A stretch of DNA of 64,000 nt from an uncultured delta proteobacterium. GTDB taxonomy: Bacteria; Myxococcota; UBA727; VGSZ01. The notes under the pieces are model-generated. The model made no database searches. It saw nothing but the letters and a program-made list of their open reading frames with translations, and had not been told where the DNA came from. The translations under genes were made by a program, and so were the position numbers. Location: contig CAVZJB010000004.1 in the NCBI GenBank assembly GCA_963775425.1, forward strand, positions 448,001-512,000, in the 5' to 3' direction. Below are positions 1 to 9,914 of the stretch, one piece after another. Position 1 is the first letter of the stretch. Each line of letters opens with the position of its first letter.

Positions 1-159
1 CACGCGCGCGGGATCGTCGGTCTCCACGTCGAGCGCGAGCGGGAGGGCGTCGCCGGGCTTGTCCCAGGGCAGATCCACCCGCCCTGTGGCGTCCATGCGC
101 GGGGTGGTGAAGCTCGTGATGCGGGCGAACGGCACGACAGGGGTATCGGCCGGGGGCAC
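1..159 (-). CDS. N-terminal fragment of a hypothetical protein running off the window start
   Basis: GTG at 159 opens a frame (VPPADTPVVPFARITSFTTPRMDATGRVDLPWDKPGDALPL...) with GC3-rich codons; divergent from the next gene. Confidence 0.4.
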   Translation of the reverse strand, partial: MPPADTPVVPFARITSFTTPRMDATGRVDLPWDKPGDALPLALDVETDDPARV

Positions 160-247
160 CTACAGTTGCCCACATCGGCCGCTCGGGGCGCAACGGCCTG
201 GAATTGCGACGCTTGCGCCGCCGCGCACGCTCCTGCGAGCCTGCGCC

Positions 248-1360
248 GTGTCCGCGCCCGCGCTCCGCCGCCTCGTCACCGCCGCCGCGCTCGCCGCGGC
301 GCTCGCGCCGGCCGCGGCCCGAGCGGGGGAGACCGTGCGCATCGCGGTCGGCCGCTTCCCCGGCGCCGTCGTCATCAAGGGCGCAGGGCTGCGCGCCGAG
401 GGCGTCGACGTCGACGGCGACACCGTGACGCTCCGGCCGACGCGCAAGGGGATCCGCGCGGGCAGCAAGACCCTCGAGCGCGACATCGTGCGTGTCACCG
501 CGCCGGGCACGCTCTCCTTGCACGGGCACCGCTACCACAAGGAGCTCGAGGTCCGCTTCCGCTTCTACGACCACAAGCCCGAGCTCCTCGTCGTGCACCC
601 GCTCGACCTCGAGACGTACGTCACCGGCATCGTCTCCTCCGAGCTGCCGGGCGGCTGGCCGCTCGAGGCGTACAAGGCGCAGGCGGTGGCGGCGCGCACC
701 TTCGCGCTCTGGCAGAAGTACCGGCGGCTCGACCTGCCCTACCACATGCAGGCGAGCGTCCTCGATCAGGTCTACGGCGGGGTCGAGCGCGAGCACGCGC
801 TCGCGCAGCGGGCGGCCGAGGAGACGCGCGGCATGGTCCTCACCTGGCGCCGCCACCTCGTGCAGGCCTACTTCCATGCGGCGTGCGGCGGACACACGGA
901 GAGCGCCCTCGAGGGCTGGGGCATGGCGCTGCCGTATCTGCCCGGGAGCAAGTGCGGCTTCTGCAACGCGGCCACGCGCCATCGCTGGTCCGCGCGCATC
1001 GCCCGCGCCGACGTCGACAAGGCGTTCGCCGGGCTCCTGCGCGAGCCCGTCACGTCCATCGCCGTGATCGACAAGACCCGGACCGGGCGCGTGAAGACCC
1101 TGCTCGTCAAGGGCAAGACCCGGCACGCGCGCATCACCGGCGCCGACCTGCGGCGGCTGCTCGGCTACAACCGCGTGTGGTCGACGTGGCTCGACGAGCT
1201 GGCGCTGAAGAGCGACGCGCTCGTCGTCAGCGGGCGCGGCTCCGGGCACGGCGTGGGCATGTGCCAGTGGGGCGCGCGCGGCATGGCGCTCGCCGGCAAG
1301 CACTTCGACGAGATCCTCGCGCGCTACTACCCGGGCGCCACCCTCGCGCGCGTCTATTGA
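248..1360 (+). CDS. SpoIID/LytB-domain protein (lytic transglycosylase-like)
   Basis: Motifs LETYVTGIVSSE...WPLEAYKAQAVAARTFA, DQVYGG, GRGSGHGVGMCQWGA...ILARYYPG; signal-peptide-like N-terminus. Start uncertain (ORF open from 59; GTG 248 preferred). Confidence 0.9.
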   Translation: MSAPALRRLVTAAALAAALAPAAARAGETVRIAVGRFPGAVVIKGAGLRAEGVDVDGDTVTLRPTRKGIRAGSKTLERDIVRVTAPGTLSLHGHRYHKELEVRFRFYDHKPELLVVHPLDLETYVTGIVSSELPGGWPLEAYKAQAVAARTFALWQKYRRLDLPYHMQASVLDQVYGGVEREHALAQRAAEETRGMVLTWRRHLVQAYFHAACGGHTESALEGWGMALPYLPGSKCGFCNAATRHRWSARIARADVDKAFAGLLREPVTSIAVIDKTRTGRVKTLLVKGKTRHARITGADLRRLLGYNRVWSTWLDELALKSDALVVSGRGSGHGVGMCQWGARGMALAGKHFDEILARYYPGATLARVY

Positions 1361-1383
1361 TTTCGTGATAGCTCCACGGCGTG

Positions 1384-3381
1384 ATGTCCCTCGAGGGTCC
1401 GTCGCGCGCCGTCGCGTTCATCGGCCTTGCCGTCTTCGCGCTCTCCGCCGCCTCCGCGTGCCGCACGCCGCGAAACGCCGCGGTCCCGGCGCCGAGAGCG
1501 GCGGCGCCCGCGCCGAAAGCGGCGGCGCCGGCGGTGCCGTGGTCCAGGAGCCCCGCGGCCGCCCGCCTCGTGCTCGTCCACCTCTCCGACAGCGAGGCGG
1601 GGCTCCTCCCCGACGACGCCAGCGCCGCCGGCGGCGGCCTCGCGCGCGCCCAGGCGGTCATCAGCGCGCTCAAGGCGCGGGGGGGCGACGACGCGTTGGT
1701 GCTCGCCGCGGGAGACCTCTACATCCCGTCGCCGGAGCTGAGCCTCGAGATAGCCGGCAAGAGCGCGGTGCTCACCGGCAACACCATGCTGTCCTTGCAG
1801 GCGAGCGCGCTCGGCAACCACGAGCTCGACCTCGGCGAGGAGTTCCTCGGAAACGCCATCGCCGCCATGAGCTTCCCGTACCTGACGTCGACGCTCGCGG
1901 TGACGTCGGGGCCGCTCGAGAAGGTGCTCGCGGACGTGTCGCACGGGACGCCCTGGGCGGACGACATCCCGGGGAAGCTCGTGCCGCGCGCCAAGGCGTG
2001 CGTCGGCAAGAGGGTCGGCGCCGCATGCGACGGCCTCGTCGTGGGTCTCGTCGGCGCCACCACCGAAGAGCTGCGGCTCATCTCCAAAGGCGCGTCGGCG
2101 GACCTCGCGAGCCCCAACGACCTCGACGGCGTCCGCGCCGACATCCAGAAGAACGTGGACGCGCTCACGCAGGAGGGCGTCCACGTCGTCATCCTGCTGT
2201 CGCACCTTCAGGGCGCCTTTCGCGAGGCGCAGCTCGTGAAGGACGGCCTCACCGGCGTCGACATCATCGTCGCCGGCGGCGGCGAGAACCGTCTCGCGGC
2301 CAAGGGGGATCGCCTGCTCGAGAAGGACGAGCCCGATCGGCTCTGCAAGGTCTTCGGCGAGCCCTGCTATCCGACGGCGCTCGTCGCCAGGGACGGAAAG
2401 CCCACGCTCCTCGTGGCCACCAGCGGCGACCTCCGCTACGTCGGCAACCTCGTCGCCGACTTCGACGCCGACGGCGTGCTCACCGGCACCGACGACACGG
2501 CGTCGCGGCCGTGGCCCGTCGACGAAGAGTCGCTCATCGAGCTGCGCGCGCACCTCGACAAAAAGACGCTCGCCTTCCAGCAGCAGGTGCGCGACGACCT
2601 GCAGCCGCTCCTCGAGGAGATCGGCTCGAGCGACGTGTTCCTCGAAGGCACCCGTGAAGAGGTGCGCAACCGCGAGACCAACCTCGGCGACCTCTCCGCG
2701 GACGCCATCGTCTACGCCGCGCGCGCGTTGTCGCCCGCGCTCGGGCTCAGGAACGGCGGCGGCATCCGCGCGTCCGTCGGCATCGTCGACTCCATCACCG
2801 GCGAGCGGAAGGGCGGCCCCATCCGCATGCTCGACCTGAAGACCGCGCTGCGCTTCGACAGCAAGGTGGTCGTCGTCGACACCACGCACGCCGGGCTCAA
2901 GGCCACGCTGGAGAGCGCGCTGCGCGGCGCCGGCACGTCGAAGGGACAGTTCCCGCAGGTGTCCTCCGACGTGGTGCTCGAGTACGACGTCAGGGCGCCC
3001 GAGCAGACGCACGTGTTGAAAGACGGGCGCATCGAGAAGGTGGCGTGCCCCGGGGCGCGCGTGCGCACGCTGGTGGTGGGCGGCGTCCCCGTGGTGCGCG
3101 AGGGCAAGCTCCTCACGCCGCGCGCGAAGATCAAGGTGGCCACCATCGACTACCTCGCGCACGGCGGCGACGGCTGGTTCCCCGGCGACAAGAACCTCGC
3201 CGTCACCGAGGTGGAGGGCGCGACGGAGCAATCGAGCTTCAAGGACTACGTCGCGGCCCTCCAGCAAAACGGCACATGGCGCGGCGGCGGCGGCTACCTC
3301 GACGGCGTCGGCGCGCGCATCAAGAAGGTGGACGCCCCCGTCGACGACGTCCCCGCCGGCTGCGCCGCCCCCGCGCCGTAA
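1384..3381 (+). CDS. Bifunctional metallophosphatase/5'-nucleotidase family lipoprotein
   Basis: HLSDSE, AGDLY, LGNHELD, SHLQ motifs; C-terminal RETNLGDLSADA, NGGGIRA, FPQVS, DYLAHGGDG; lipobox-like ASAC. Confidence 0.85.
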   Translation: MSLEGPSRAVAFIGLAVFALSAASACRTPRNAAVPAPRAAAPAPKAAAPAVPWSRSPAAARLVLVHLSDSEAGLLPDDASAAGGGLARAQAVISALKARGGDDALVLAAGDLYIPSPELSLEIAGKSAVLTGNTMLSLQASALGNHELDLGEEFLGNAIAAMSFPYLTSTLAVTSGPLEKVLADVSHGTPWADDIPGKLVPRAKACVGKRVGAACDGLVVGLVGATTEELRLISKGASADLASPNDLDGVRADIQKNVDALTQEGVHVVILLSHLQGAFREAQLVKDGLTGVDIIVAGGGENRLAAKGDRLLEKDEPDRLCKVFGEPCYPTALVARDGKPTLLVATSGDLRYVGNLVADFDADGVLTGTDDTASRPWPVDEESLIELRAHLDKKTLAFQQQVRDDLQPLLEEIGSSDVFLEGTREEVRNRETNLGDLSADAIVYAARALSPALGLRNGGGIRASVGIVDSITGERKGGPIRMLDLKTALRFDSKVVVVDTTHAGLKATLESALRGAGTSKGQFPQVSSDVVLEYDVRAPEQTHVLKDGRIEKVACPGARVRTLVVGGVPVVREGKLLTPRAKIKVATIDYLAHGGDGWFPGDKNLAVTEVEGATEQSSFKDYVAALQQNGTWRGGGGYLDGVGARIKKVDAPVDDVPAGCAAPAP

Positions 3382-3430
3382 CCCGACGACGGCGCCTGTA
3401 CGACGGGGGCCGCGGCGGTATAAGCGCCGG

Positions 3431-5305
3431 ATGCAGAACAGCTCCCCTGCCTCCTCCGCGGGCAGCAAGTCCCTCGGCGAGATGTTCCTCGACCGGGCCC
3501 GCGCTCACCCCGACGTCGCCTGCTTCCGCGTCCGCCGCGGGGACGCCTTCGTCGACGTTCCCTACCGCGAGGCGGGCGCGCGCGTGAACGCGGTGGCGGC
3601 GGGCCTGTTGACCATCCCGGGCGGGCTCGCGCGCCGCTCCTGCGTCGGCATCCTCGGCCCCACCAGCGCCGACTGGATCGTCGCCGACTACGCCTCCCTC
3701 TCCCTCGACGTCCTCGTCGCGCCCATCTACGCCACCCTGCTGCCGGCGGAGATCGGCTACATCTGCCAGGACGCGGGCGTCGAGGTGCTCATCGTCGACG
3801 ACAAGAAGTCGTTCGAGAAGGTGCGCTCGGTGGCCGGCGGCTTCACCTTCTTCGACAAGAGCTATCCGGCGCTGAAGGTGCGCCGCACCATCGTCATCGA
3901 CCCCACCGGCCTCGCGCCCGGGGACGACTGGGAGAGCCTCGCCGACCTCGAAGCGCGCGGCCGCGAGGTGCTCGAGCAGACGCGCAAGGAGCGCGAGGAG
4001 CGGCTCGCGTCCATCAAGCGCGACGACGTCGCCACCTACGGATACACCTCGGGCACCACCGGCCCGCCGAAGGGCGTGATCCAGACCCACGGCAACTGGC
4101 TCTCCCTCCTCGAGGTGTCCACCGATCTGGGCATGTTCACCGAGGGCACGCGCAAGACCGGCGCGTTCCTCTTCCTGCCGCTCGCCCACAGCTTCGGCCG
4201 GCTCATCGAATTCGCCGCCGTGTTCCACGCGGGTCCGCTCATCATCTCGTCCATCGAGACCATCCCCGACGACCTCAAGCTCTCGCGCCCGGGCGTGGTC
4301 CCCGCGGCGCCGCGCGTCTACGAGAAGGTGTACGCGCGGCTGATGGCGGGCGTCGCGTCGCAGCCGCCGGTGCGCCAGAAGCTCTTTCACTGGGCCGTCG
4401 GCGTCGGCAAAGCGACCCTGCCGTACCGACAGAAGAACCGTCCGCTGCCGCTGGTGCTCAAGGCGCAACACGCGCTGGCCGACCGCCTCGTCCTCGGCAA
4501 GCTGCGCACGCGCCTCGGCCTCGATCGTGTGGAGGCGATGATCTCGGGGTCCGCGCCGTTGGCGCCGGCGGTGCACGAGCTGTTCGTCGCCTGCGGCATG
4601 ATGCTCTACGAGGGCTACGGCCTCACCGAGACCTGCCCGGCGCTCACCGCCAACCGGCCCGGCAAGTGGAAGCTCGGCACCGTGGGACAGCCCATCGACA
4701 ACGTCGTCATCAAGATCGCCGCGGACGGCGAGATCCTCGCCAAGGGTCCGAACGTCACCTCCGGCTACCTGAACCGGCCCGACGCCAACAAGGACGCCTT
4801 CGACGACGACGGCTGGTTCCACACCGGCGACATCGGCGAGTTCGACACCGACAACTACCTGCGCATCACCGACCGCAAGAAGGACCTCCTGAAGACCAGC
4901 GGCGGCAAGTACGTCGCGCCGCAGAAGATCGAGGGCCTGTTGAAGAGCAAGCCGATGATCGGCGAGGCCGTGGTCATCGGCGACGCGCGCAAGTACTGCA
5001 CCGCGCTGCTCATCCTCGACGATGACGCATGGAAGCAGTGGGCGGAGCAGCACGGCCGCGCGCTCGACGCCCGCGACTCGGTGCTCACGGCGACGCTGCA
5101 AAAGAGCGTCGACGAGGTCAACCGCGACCTCGCGAGCTTCGAGTCCATCAAGTACTTCCGCGCCATCGACACGCCGTTCACCGTGGAGAGCGGCCTTTTG
5201 ACCGCGAGCTTCAAGGTGAAGCGCAAGGAGGTCAGCAAGCGCTTCGCCGGCCTCATCGACGAGATGTACGCGCAGCCGAAGCCGGGCGAGAAAGAAGCGG
5301 CGTAG
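3431..5305 (+). CDS. Long-chain fatty acid-CoA ligase (AMP-forming)
   Basis: YTSGTTGPPKG, EGYGLTET, GWFHTGDIG, ITDRKKDLLKTSGGKYVAPQKIE. Confidence 0.92.
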   Translation: MQNSSPASSAGSKSLGEMFLDRARAHPDVACFRVRRGDAFVDVPYREAGARVNAVAAGLLTIPGGLARRSCVGILGPTSADWIVADYASLSLDVLVAPIYATLLPAEIGYICQDAGVEVLIVDDKKSFEKVRSVAGGFTFFDKSYPALKVRRTIVIDPTGLAPGDDWESLADLEARGREVLEQTRKEREERLASIKRDDVATYGYTSGTTGPPKGVIQTHGNWLSLLEVSTDLGMFTEGTRKTGAFLFLPLAHSFGRLIEFAAVFHAGPLIISSIETIPDDLKLSRPGVVPAAPRVYEKVYARLMAGVASQPPVRQKLFHWAVGVGKATLPYRQKNRPLPLVLKAQHALADRLVLGKLRTRLGLDRVEAMISGSAPLAPAVHELFVACGMMLYEGYGLTETCPALTANRPGKWKLGTVGQPIDNVVIKIAADGEILAKGPNVTSGYLNRPDANKDAFDDDGWFHTGDIGEFDTDNYLRITDRKKDLLKTSGGKYVAPQKIEGLLKSKPMIGEAVVIGDARKYCTALLILDDDAWKQWAEQHGRALDARDSVLTATLQKSVDEVNRDLASFESIKYFRAIDTPFTVESGLLTASFKVKRKEVSKRFAGLIDEMYAQPKPGEKEAA

Positions 5306-5313
5306 GGCGCCTC

Positions 5314-6432
5314 GTGACGGACGAAGATCTCGACGACCTCGCGACGTACAGCTTCGAGCTCCCCGGGGACCGCATCGCGCAGCGCCCGCTCGGCACGCGC
5401 AGCGACGCGCGGCTGCTGGTGGTGCCGCGCGACGGCCCGCTGGAGCACCGCGGCGTCCGCGATCTCGTGGCGCTCGTCCGCCCCGGCGACGTCCTCGTCG
5501 TCAACGACACCACCGTGATCCCGGCGCGGCTGTACGGAGAGAAGGCGGGGACCGGCGGCCGCGTCGAGGTGCTCCTCGTCCGCCCCGCGGGGGACGACGT
5601 TCGGCCCGACGCCGGCAGGGCGTCGTCGACCTGGGTGTGCCTGGTCAACGCATCGAAGAAGCCGAAGGAGGGCACGCGGCTCGTGTTCGGCACCGGCTCC
5701 GCGCACGCCATCGACGGCTTCTTCGCCACCGTCGAGGGCGCCGTCGACGACGAGCCCGGCGCGTTCATGGTTCGCTTCGACGGGGATCCCGTGGTGTTCG
5801 CGCGCGCGTACGGTCACGTGCCGCTGCCGCCGTACATCGCGCGCGGCGACGACGACGACGACGTCTCCCGCTACCAGACCGTCTTTCACGACGACGAAAA
5901 GCCTGGCTCCTGCGCCGCCCCCACGGCCGGCCTCCACTTCGACGACGCCCTCATCGCGGCGCTGCGGGACAAGGGCGCGGCCTTCGCCAAGGTCACGCTG
6001 CACGTCGGCCCGGGCACGTTCCTCCCGGTGAGGGGCGACCGCCTCGACGAGCACGTCATGCATCCGGAGCCCTGGTTCGTCGACGACGACGCCGCGGCCG
6101 CCATCGCGAAGGCGCGGGCGCAGGGAGGCCGCGTCGTCGCCGTCGGCACCACCACGCTGCGCTGCCTCGAGAGCGCCGCCAAAGACGGCGCCGTCCGCGC
6201 CGGCGCCGGCCTGACACGCTTGTTCATCAAGCCCGGCCACCGCTTTCAGGCGGTCGACGCGCTCGTCACCAACTTCCACCTGCCTCGCTCCACGCTCTTC
6301 GTCCTCGTCTGCGCCTTCGCCGGCCGCGCCCGCATGAGCGCCGCCTACGCGGAGGCCGTACGCGAGGGCTATCGCTTCTACAGCTACGGCGACGCCTGCT
6401 TCCTCGAGCGGGCGCCCGAAGAACGGGTGTGA
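5314..6432 (+). CDS. queA: S-adenosylmethionine:tRNA ribosyltransferase-isomerase
   Basis: FELP..RIAQRP, VNDTTVIPARL, VPLPPYI, YQTVF, AAPTAGLHF, TLHVGPGTF, TNFHLPRSTL, YRFYSYGDA; GTG start at 5314. Confidence 0.97.
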   Translation: MTDEDLDDLATYSFELPGDRIAQRPLGTRSDARLLVVPRDGPLEHRGVRDLVALVRPGDVLVVNDTTVIPARLYGEKAGTGGRVEVLLVRPAGDDVRPDAGRASSTWVCLVNASKKPKEGTRLVFGTGSAHAIDGFFATVEGAVDDEPGAFMVRFDGDPVVFARAYGHVPLPPYIARGDDDDDVSRYQTVFHDDEKPGSCAAPTAGLHFDDALIAALRDKGAAFAKVTLHVGPGTFLPVRGDRLDEHVMHPEPWFVDDDAAAAIAKARAQGGRVVAVGTTTLRCLESAAKDGAVRAGAGLTRLFIKPGHRFQAVDALVTNFHLPRSTLFVLVCAFAGRARMSAAYAEAVREGYRFYSYGDACFLERAPEERV

Positions 6433-6444
6433 GCGGCGCCTTTT

Positions 6445-7620
6445 GTGGAGGACGCGGCGCGGGCGTCGTACCGTCCGGTCGTCGTGGATTTCTCGTTCAC
6501 CCTCCTCGGCACCGACGGCGACGCGCGGCGCGGGCGGCTGGTCACGCCCCACGGGGCGATCGAGACGCCGATCTTCATGCCGGTCGGCACCGCGGGCAGC
6601 GTCAAGTCACTCGGGCCGGACGACCTCGTCGAGGCGGGCACGCAGATCCTCCTCGCGAACACCTACCACCTGCTCCTGCGCCCCTCGCCCGAGCGTGTGG
6701 CGCAGCTCGGCGGGCTGCACGAATTCATGTCCTGGGACCGCCCGATCCTCACCGACTCCGGCGGCTTCCAGGTCTTCTCGTTGGCGCAGGGCGCGCGCGG
6801 TGAGGGGCCGCTCGCCAAGGTCGACGACGACGGCGTCACCTTCCGTTCGCACCTCGACGGCCGCAAGTACCGCCTCACGGCCGAGGAGAGCATGCGCATC
6901 CAGATGCTCCTCGGCGCCGACATCGTCATGGCGTTCGACGAGTGTCCGCCCGGGGGCGCCTCGCGCGACGTGATCGCCCGCGCCATGACGCGGACCTCGG
7001 CGTGGCTCCGGCGGAGCGTCATGGCAATGACGCGGGAGGGTTCACGCCTGTTCGGAATCGTCCAGGGTGGCATCCACGACGACCTCCGCATCCAGCACGC
7101 GCAGGAGCTGACGTCGACGTACGACCTGTTTGGCTGGGCGGTCGGCGGGCTGTCCGTGGGAGAGGGCAAAGCAGACATGCTCCGTGCGCTCTCCACCACG
7201 ACGCACCACATGCCCATCCACAAACCGCGCTACCTGATGGGCGTGGGCACGCCGGAGGATCTCCTCGACGGTGTGGCGCGAGGCGTCGACATGTTCGATT
7301 GCGTGATGCCCACCCGAAACGCCCGAAATGCCACGCTCTTTACGTCCGCGGGCAAGGTGCACATCAAGGGCGCCCGCCACGCCGGCGACGCGGGCCCGCT
7401 CGACCCCGCCTGCTTCTGCTACACGTGCCGCACCTTTTCGAGAGGATATTTGCGCCATTTGTGGAATGCGCGCGAGCTCCTCTTTTTCCGCCTCGCCTCG
7501 CTCCACAACGTCACGTTCTACCTGGACCTGATGGTGCGTTCTCGCACTGCTGTCGAGGAGGGACGCTTTGCGGCCTTCGCGGCGGCGGAGAAGGAGCGGT
7601 GGGCGGCCGGCGATTCTTGA
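6445..7620 (+). CDS. tgt: tRNA guanosine(34) transglycosylase
   Basis: ETPIFMPVGT, LANTYHL, LTDSGGFQVFSL, GIVQGG, PRYLMGVG, DMFDCVMPTRNARN, Zn site CxCxxC...H; start may be GTG 6484. Confidence 0.97.
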   Translation: MEDAARASYRPVVVDFSFTLLGTDGDARRGRLVTPHGAIETPIFMPVGTAGSVKSLGPDDLVEAGTQILLANTYHLLLRPSPERVAQLGGLHEFMSWDRPILTDSGGFQVFSLAQGARGEGPLAKVDDDGVTFRSHLDGRKYRLTAEESMRIQMLLGADIVMAFDECPPGGASRDVIARAMTRTSAWLRRSVMAMTREGSRLFGIVQGGIHDDLRIQHAQELTSTYDLFGWAVGGLSVGEGKADMLRALSTTTHHMPIHKPRYLMGVGTPEDLLDGVARGVDMFDCVMPTRNARNATLFTSAGKVHIKGARHAGDAGPLDPACFCYTCRTFSRGYLRHLWNARELLFFRLASLHNVTFYLDLMVRSRTAVEEGRFAAFAAAEKERWAAGDS

Positions 7621-7673
7621 GACACTCGACGAGTGGGAATGCCGAACGCGATGGCTTGTGCGGGCGCGTGCTG

Positions 7674-7679
7674 TATCAT
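7674..7679 (+). promoter_or_regulatory. Putative -10 box TATCAT, 6 nt before GTG start (leaderless-type)
   Basis: TAnnnT hexamer followed by tgtttc then GTG 7686; no SD sequence. Confidence 0.45.
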
Positions 7680-7685
7680 TGTTTC

Positions 7686-9227
7686 GTGCACCAAGAGGAT
7701 TCCGAAGCATGGGCCGAGCTGGGCCGCGCGAGCATCGACGGCATCGTCATCGTCGAGCCGCAAGGTCGGGTGAAGCTCGTCAACGACGCCGCCGCGGGCA
7801 TGTTGCGCGCGGCGACGCGCTCCCTCGTCGGCGTCGAGCTCGGCACGTTCCTCACGCCGTCGCTCGACGTGATCCTCGCGCGCCCGACGGGCGCGCGCAT
7901 CGACGGCACGCTGCGCCTCGCCAACGGCGGCGAGCTGCCCGTGCACGTGTGGGCCCGCGACGGCGGCTCCTCGGTGTCTCTGGTGTTGCGGGACGCGAGC
8001 GAATGGGAGGTGGCGCGCAGCACGCTCACCGTCGTCGCCGCGGGCGTCGAGCACGCGCTCGACGGGTTCGAGATCACCGACGCCGACGGCAACATCGAAT
8101 ATGCCAACGCCGCCCACGCCACGCTCACGGGCTACTCGCTGTTCGAGGCCATCGGCGAGCGCATCACCCGCTACATCGACGACCCGGGCCCGCGCGTGGC
8201 GGTGGAGCAGGCGCTGGCGGCGGGCGTGTCGTGGCGTGGCGAGACGTCGTGCGTGCGCAAGGACGGCGCGGTCCGCTTTCATGATCTCGCCATCACCCCG
8301 GTCCTCGACGGCCGCGCGCACCTGCAGCGCTGGGTGTGCATCCGTCGCGACGTCACCGATCGCGTCGAGGTCGAGCGCGAGGCGGAGATGCTGCGCGCGC
8401 AGCTCGCTCACGCCGAACGCACGAGCATCGTCGGCCGCCTCGCCGCCAGCGTCGCGCACGAGGTCAACAACCCGGCCACCTCCATCCTCGCCAACCTCGA
8501 GATGGCGCGCGAAGAGGTCGATCAGCTCGCGAGGGAGATCGAGATCGAGCGCGTGACCGCGTCCGGCCCCGCGCTCGCGGCCCTCGATGCCTGGTGGGCG
8601 AAGATCCGGATGGACGAGCGCCTCGCAGCCATGCGCGACGCCTTGGGCGACTCATGGGACGGCACCGAGCGCGTGGTGCGGCTGGTGCGCGAGCTGCGCG
8701 GCCTGGCCCGCGTCGCCACCGCGCAGGTGGAGGTGATCTCGCTGAACGACGTCGTGCGGGCGGCCGTGCGCGTCGCGCGCTGCTACGCCCAGGATCGCGC
8801 CGAGCTCTCCCTCGAGCTCGGCGTCGTCCCCGACGTCGCCGCGGACCCCACGCAGATCGGCCAGGTGGTGATGAACCTCGTGGCGTCCGCCACCTCCTCC
8901 ATCACGCCCGGCAACCCCGGCGACAACCACGTCGTGCTCAAGACGTTCCGGCACGGTGACGACGTGGTGCTCACGGTGGAAGACACGGGAACGGGCATCG
9001 CCCCCGAGCACCTGCCCCACGTGTTCGATCCCTTCTATTCGCTGCGCAGCTTCGGCGAAGGCCCGGGGCTCGTCCTGGCCGTGGCGCGCGACATCCTCGA
9101 GCGCGCCGGCGGCGACATCCGCGTCGAGAGCCGCGCCTCGTCACCCGGGCAGCCGTCGTCCCCGGGGACGCGCTACGTCGTGCGGCTGCCGGCGGCGCCC
9201 GCGGTCGTGGACGAGCCGTCGCGCTGA
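7686..9227 (+). CDS. Cytoplasmic PAS-PAS histidine kinase-like protein
   Basis: Two PAS-like repeats, H-box AHEVNNP, G1 EDTGTGI, F-box VFDPFY; N and G2 boxes degenerate. Confidence 0.88.
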   Translation: MHQEDSEAWAELGRASIDGIVIVEPQGRVKLVNDAAAGMLRAATRSLVGVELGTFLTPSLDVILARPTGARIDGTLRLANGGELPVHVWARDGGSSVSLVLRDASEWEVARSTLTVVAAGVEHALDGFEITDADGNIEYANAAHATLTGYSLFEAIGERITRYIDDPGPRVAVEQALAAGVSWRGETSCVRKDGAVRFHDLAITPVLDGRAHLQRWVCIRRDVTDRVEVEREAEMLRAQLAHAERTSIVGRLAASVAHEVNNPATSILANLEMAREEVDQLAREIEIERVTASGPALAALDAWWAKIRMDERLAAMRDALGDSWDGTERVVRLVRELRGLARVATAQVEVISLNDVVRAAVRVARCYAQDRAELSLELGVVPDVAADPTQIGQVVMNLVASATSSITPGNPGDNHVVLKTFRHGDDVVLTVEDTGTGIAPEHLPHVFDPFYSLRSFGEGPGLVLAVARDILERAGGDIRVESRASSPGQPSSPGTRYVVRLPAAPAVVDEPSR

Positions 9228-9850
9228 GCGGAGCGCGGCTCCCACCGGATGTCCATCCACAGATCGAACGGGGCGCCGGAGGCGATCTCGATGCGCGGCT
9301 CCATGCCGTAGTGCATCAGCAACCCCTCGATGACGCCGACGTCGCCGCAGTCCACCCAACCGTAATAGTCGGTGTAGTGATAGAGCCAATGACGATCGCC
9401 CTTGCGCTCGGCGGTCACGCTGCCGTAGTTGGTCATCGCCGAGAACATCTTGGGTCCGGCCTTCAGCACGGCGTCGACGTCGCCGGCGAAGAGCGCCACC
9501 AGCACCACGCGCCCGATGAGCGACGAGAGGAACGACGGATAGATGAGGTGGCACGCGCGGCGCAGCGCCTCGCGCAGCGGCACGTCCGGGAAGGCGAGCC
9601 GCGAGAACTGGGCCTCCGCGCGCATGATCTCGCCGCGCCAGTACGTCTTGAGCGGGCTGAAGCCCTTGCGCTCGAGCCCTTCGTACAGCTTGCCCTTCAG
9701 GTCCGGCCGCTCCTTCAAGATGAGCTTTTCGAAGCTGTCGATGAAGAAGCCTTTGATGAGCGCGGTCTGCGGGACCTGTGCGACCACTCGCTCCACGTCG
9801 AGCGGCTCGTGGAACGCGGGGGAATGCAGCGGGGGGACCTCGGGAGACAT
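9173..9850 (-). CDS. DUF2378 / TIGR02265-like myxobacterial paralogous family protein
   Basis: IKGFF, F..LKTY, FLSSLIGRV, NYGSVTAER.G...W, GVIEG pattern. Confidence 0.7.
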   Translation of the reverse strand: MSPEVPPLHSPAFHEPLDVERVVAQVPQTALIKGFFIDSFEKLILKERPDLKGKLYEGLERKGFSPLKTYWRGEIMRAEAQFSRLAFPDVPLREALRRACHLIYPSFLSSLIGRVVLVALFAGDVDAVLKAGPKMFSAMTNYGSVTAERKGDRHWLYHYTDYYGWVDCGDVGVIEGLLMHYGMEPRIEIASGAPFDLWMDIRWEPRSAQRDGSSTTAGAAGSRTT

Positions 9851-9914
9851 CTTCTCTGATAACGTCGCGCGACTCTCGGCCGAACGTCAATCGGCTCGAA
9901 CGCCCGAGGACAGC

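Noticed and set aside
248-1360. Endospore formation inferred from the SpoIID domain
   Set aside because: The domain is widespread in non-sporulating bacteria and no other spo genes are present
1354-3468. Long antisense ORFs here and throughout the window
   Set aside because: Shadow frames of GC3-rich genes, with no motifs and Arg/Ala/Gly-biased translations
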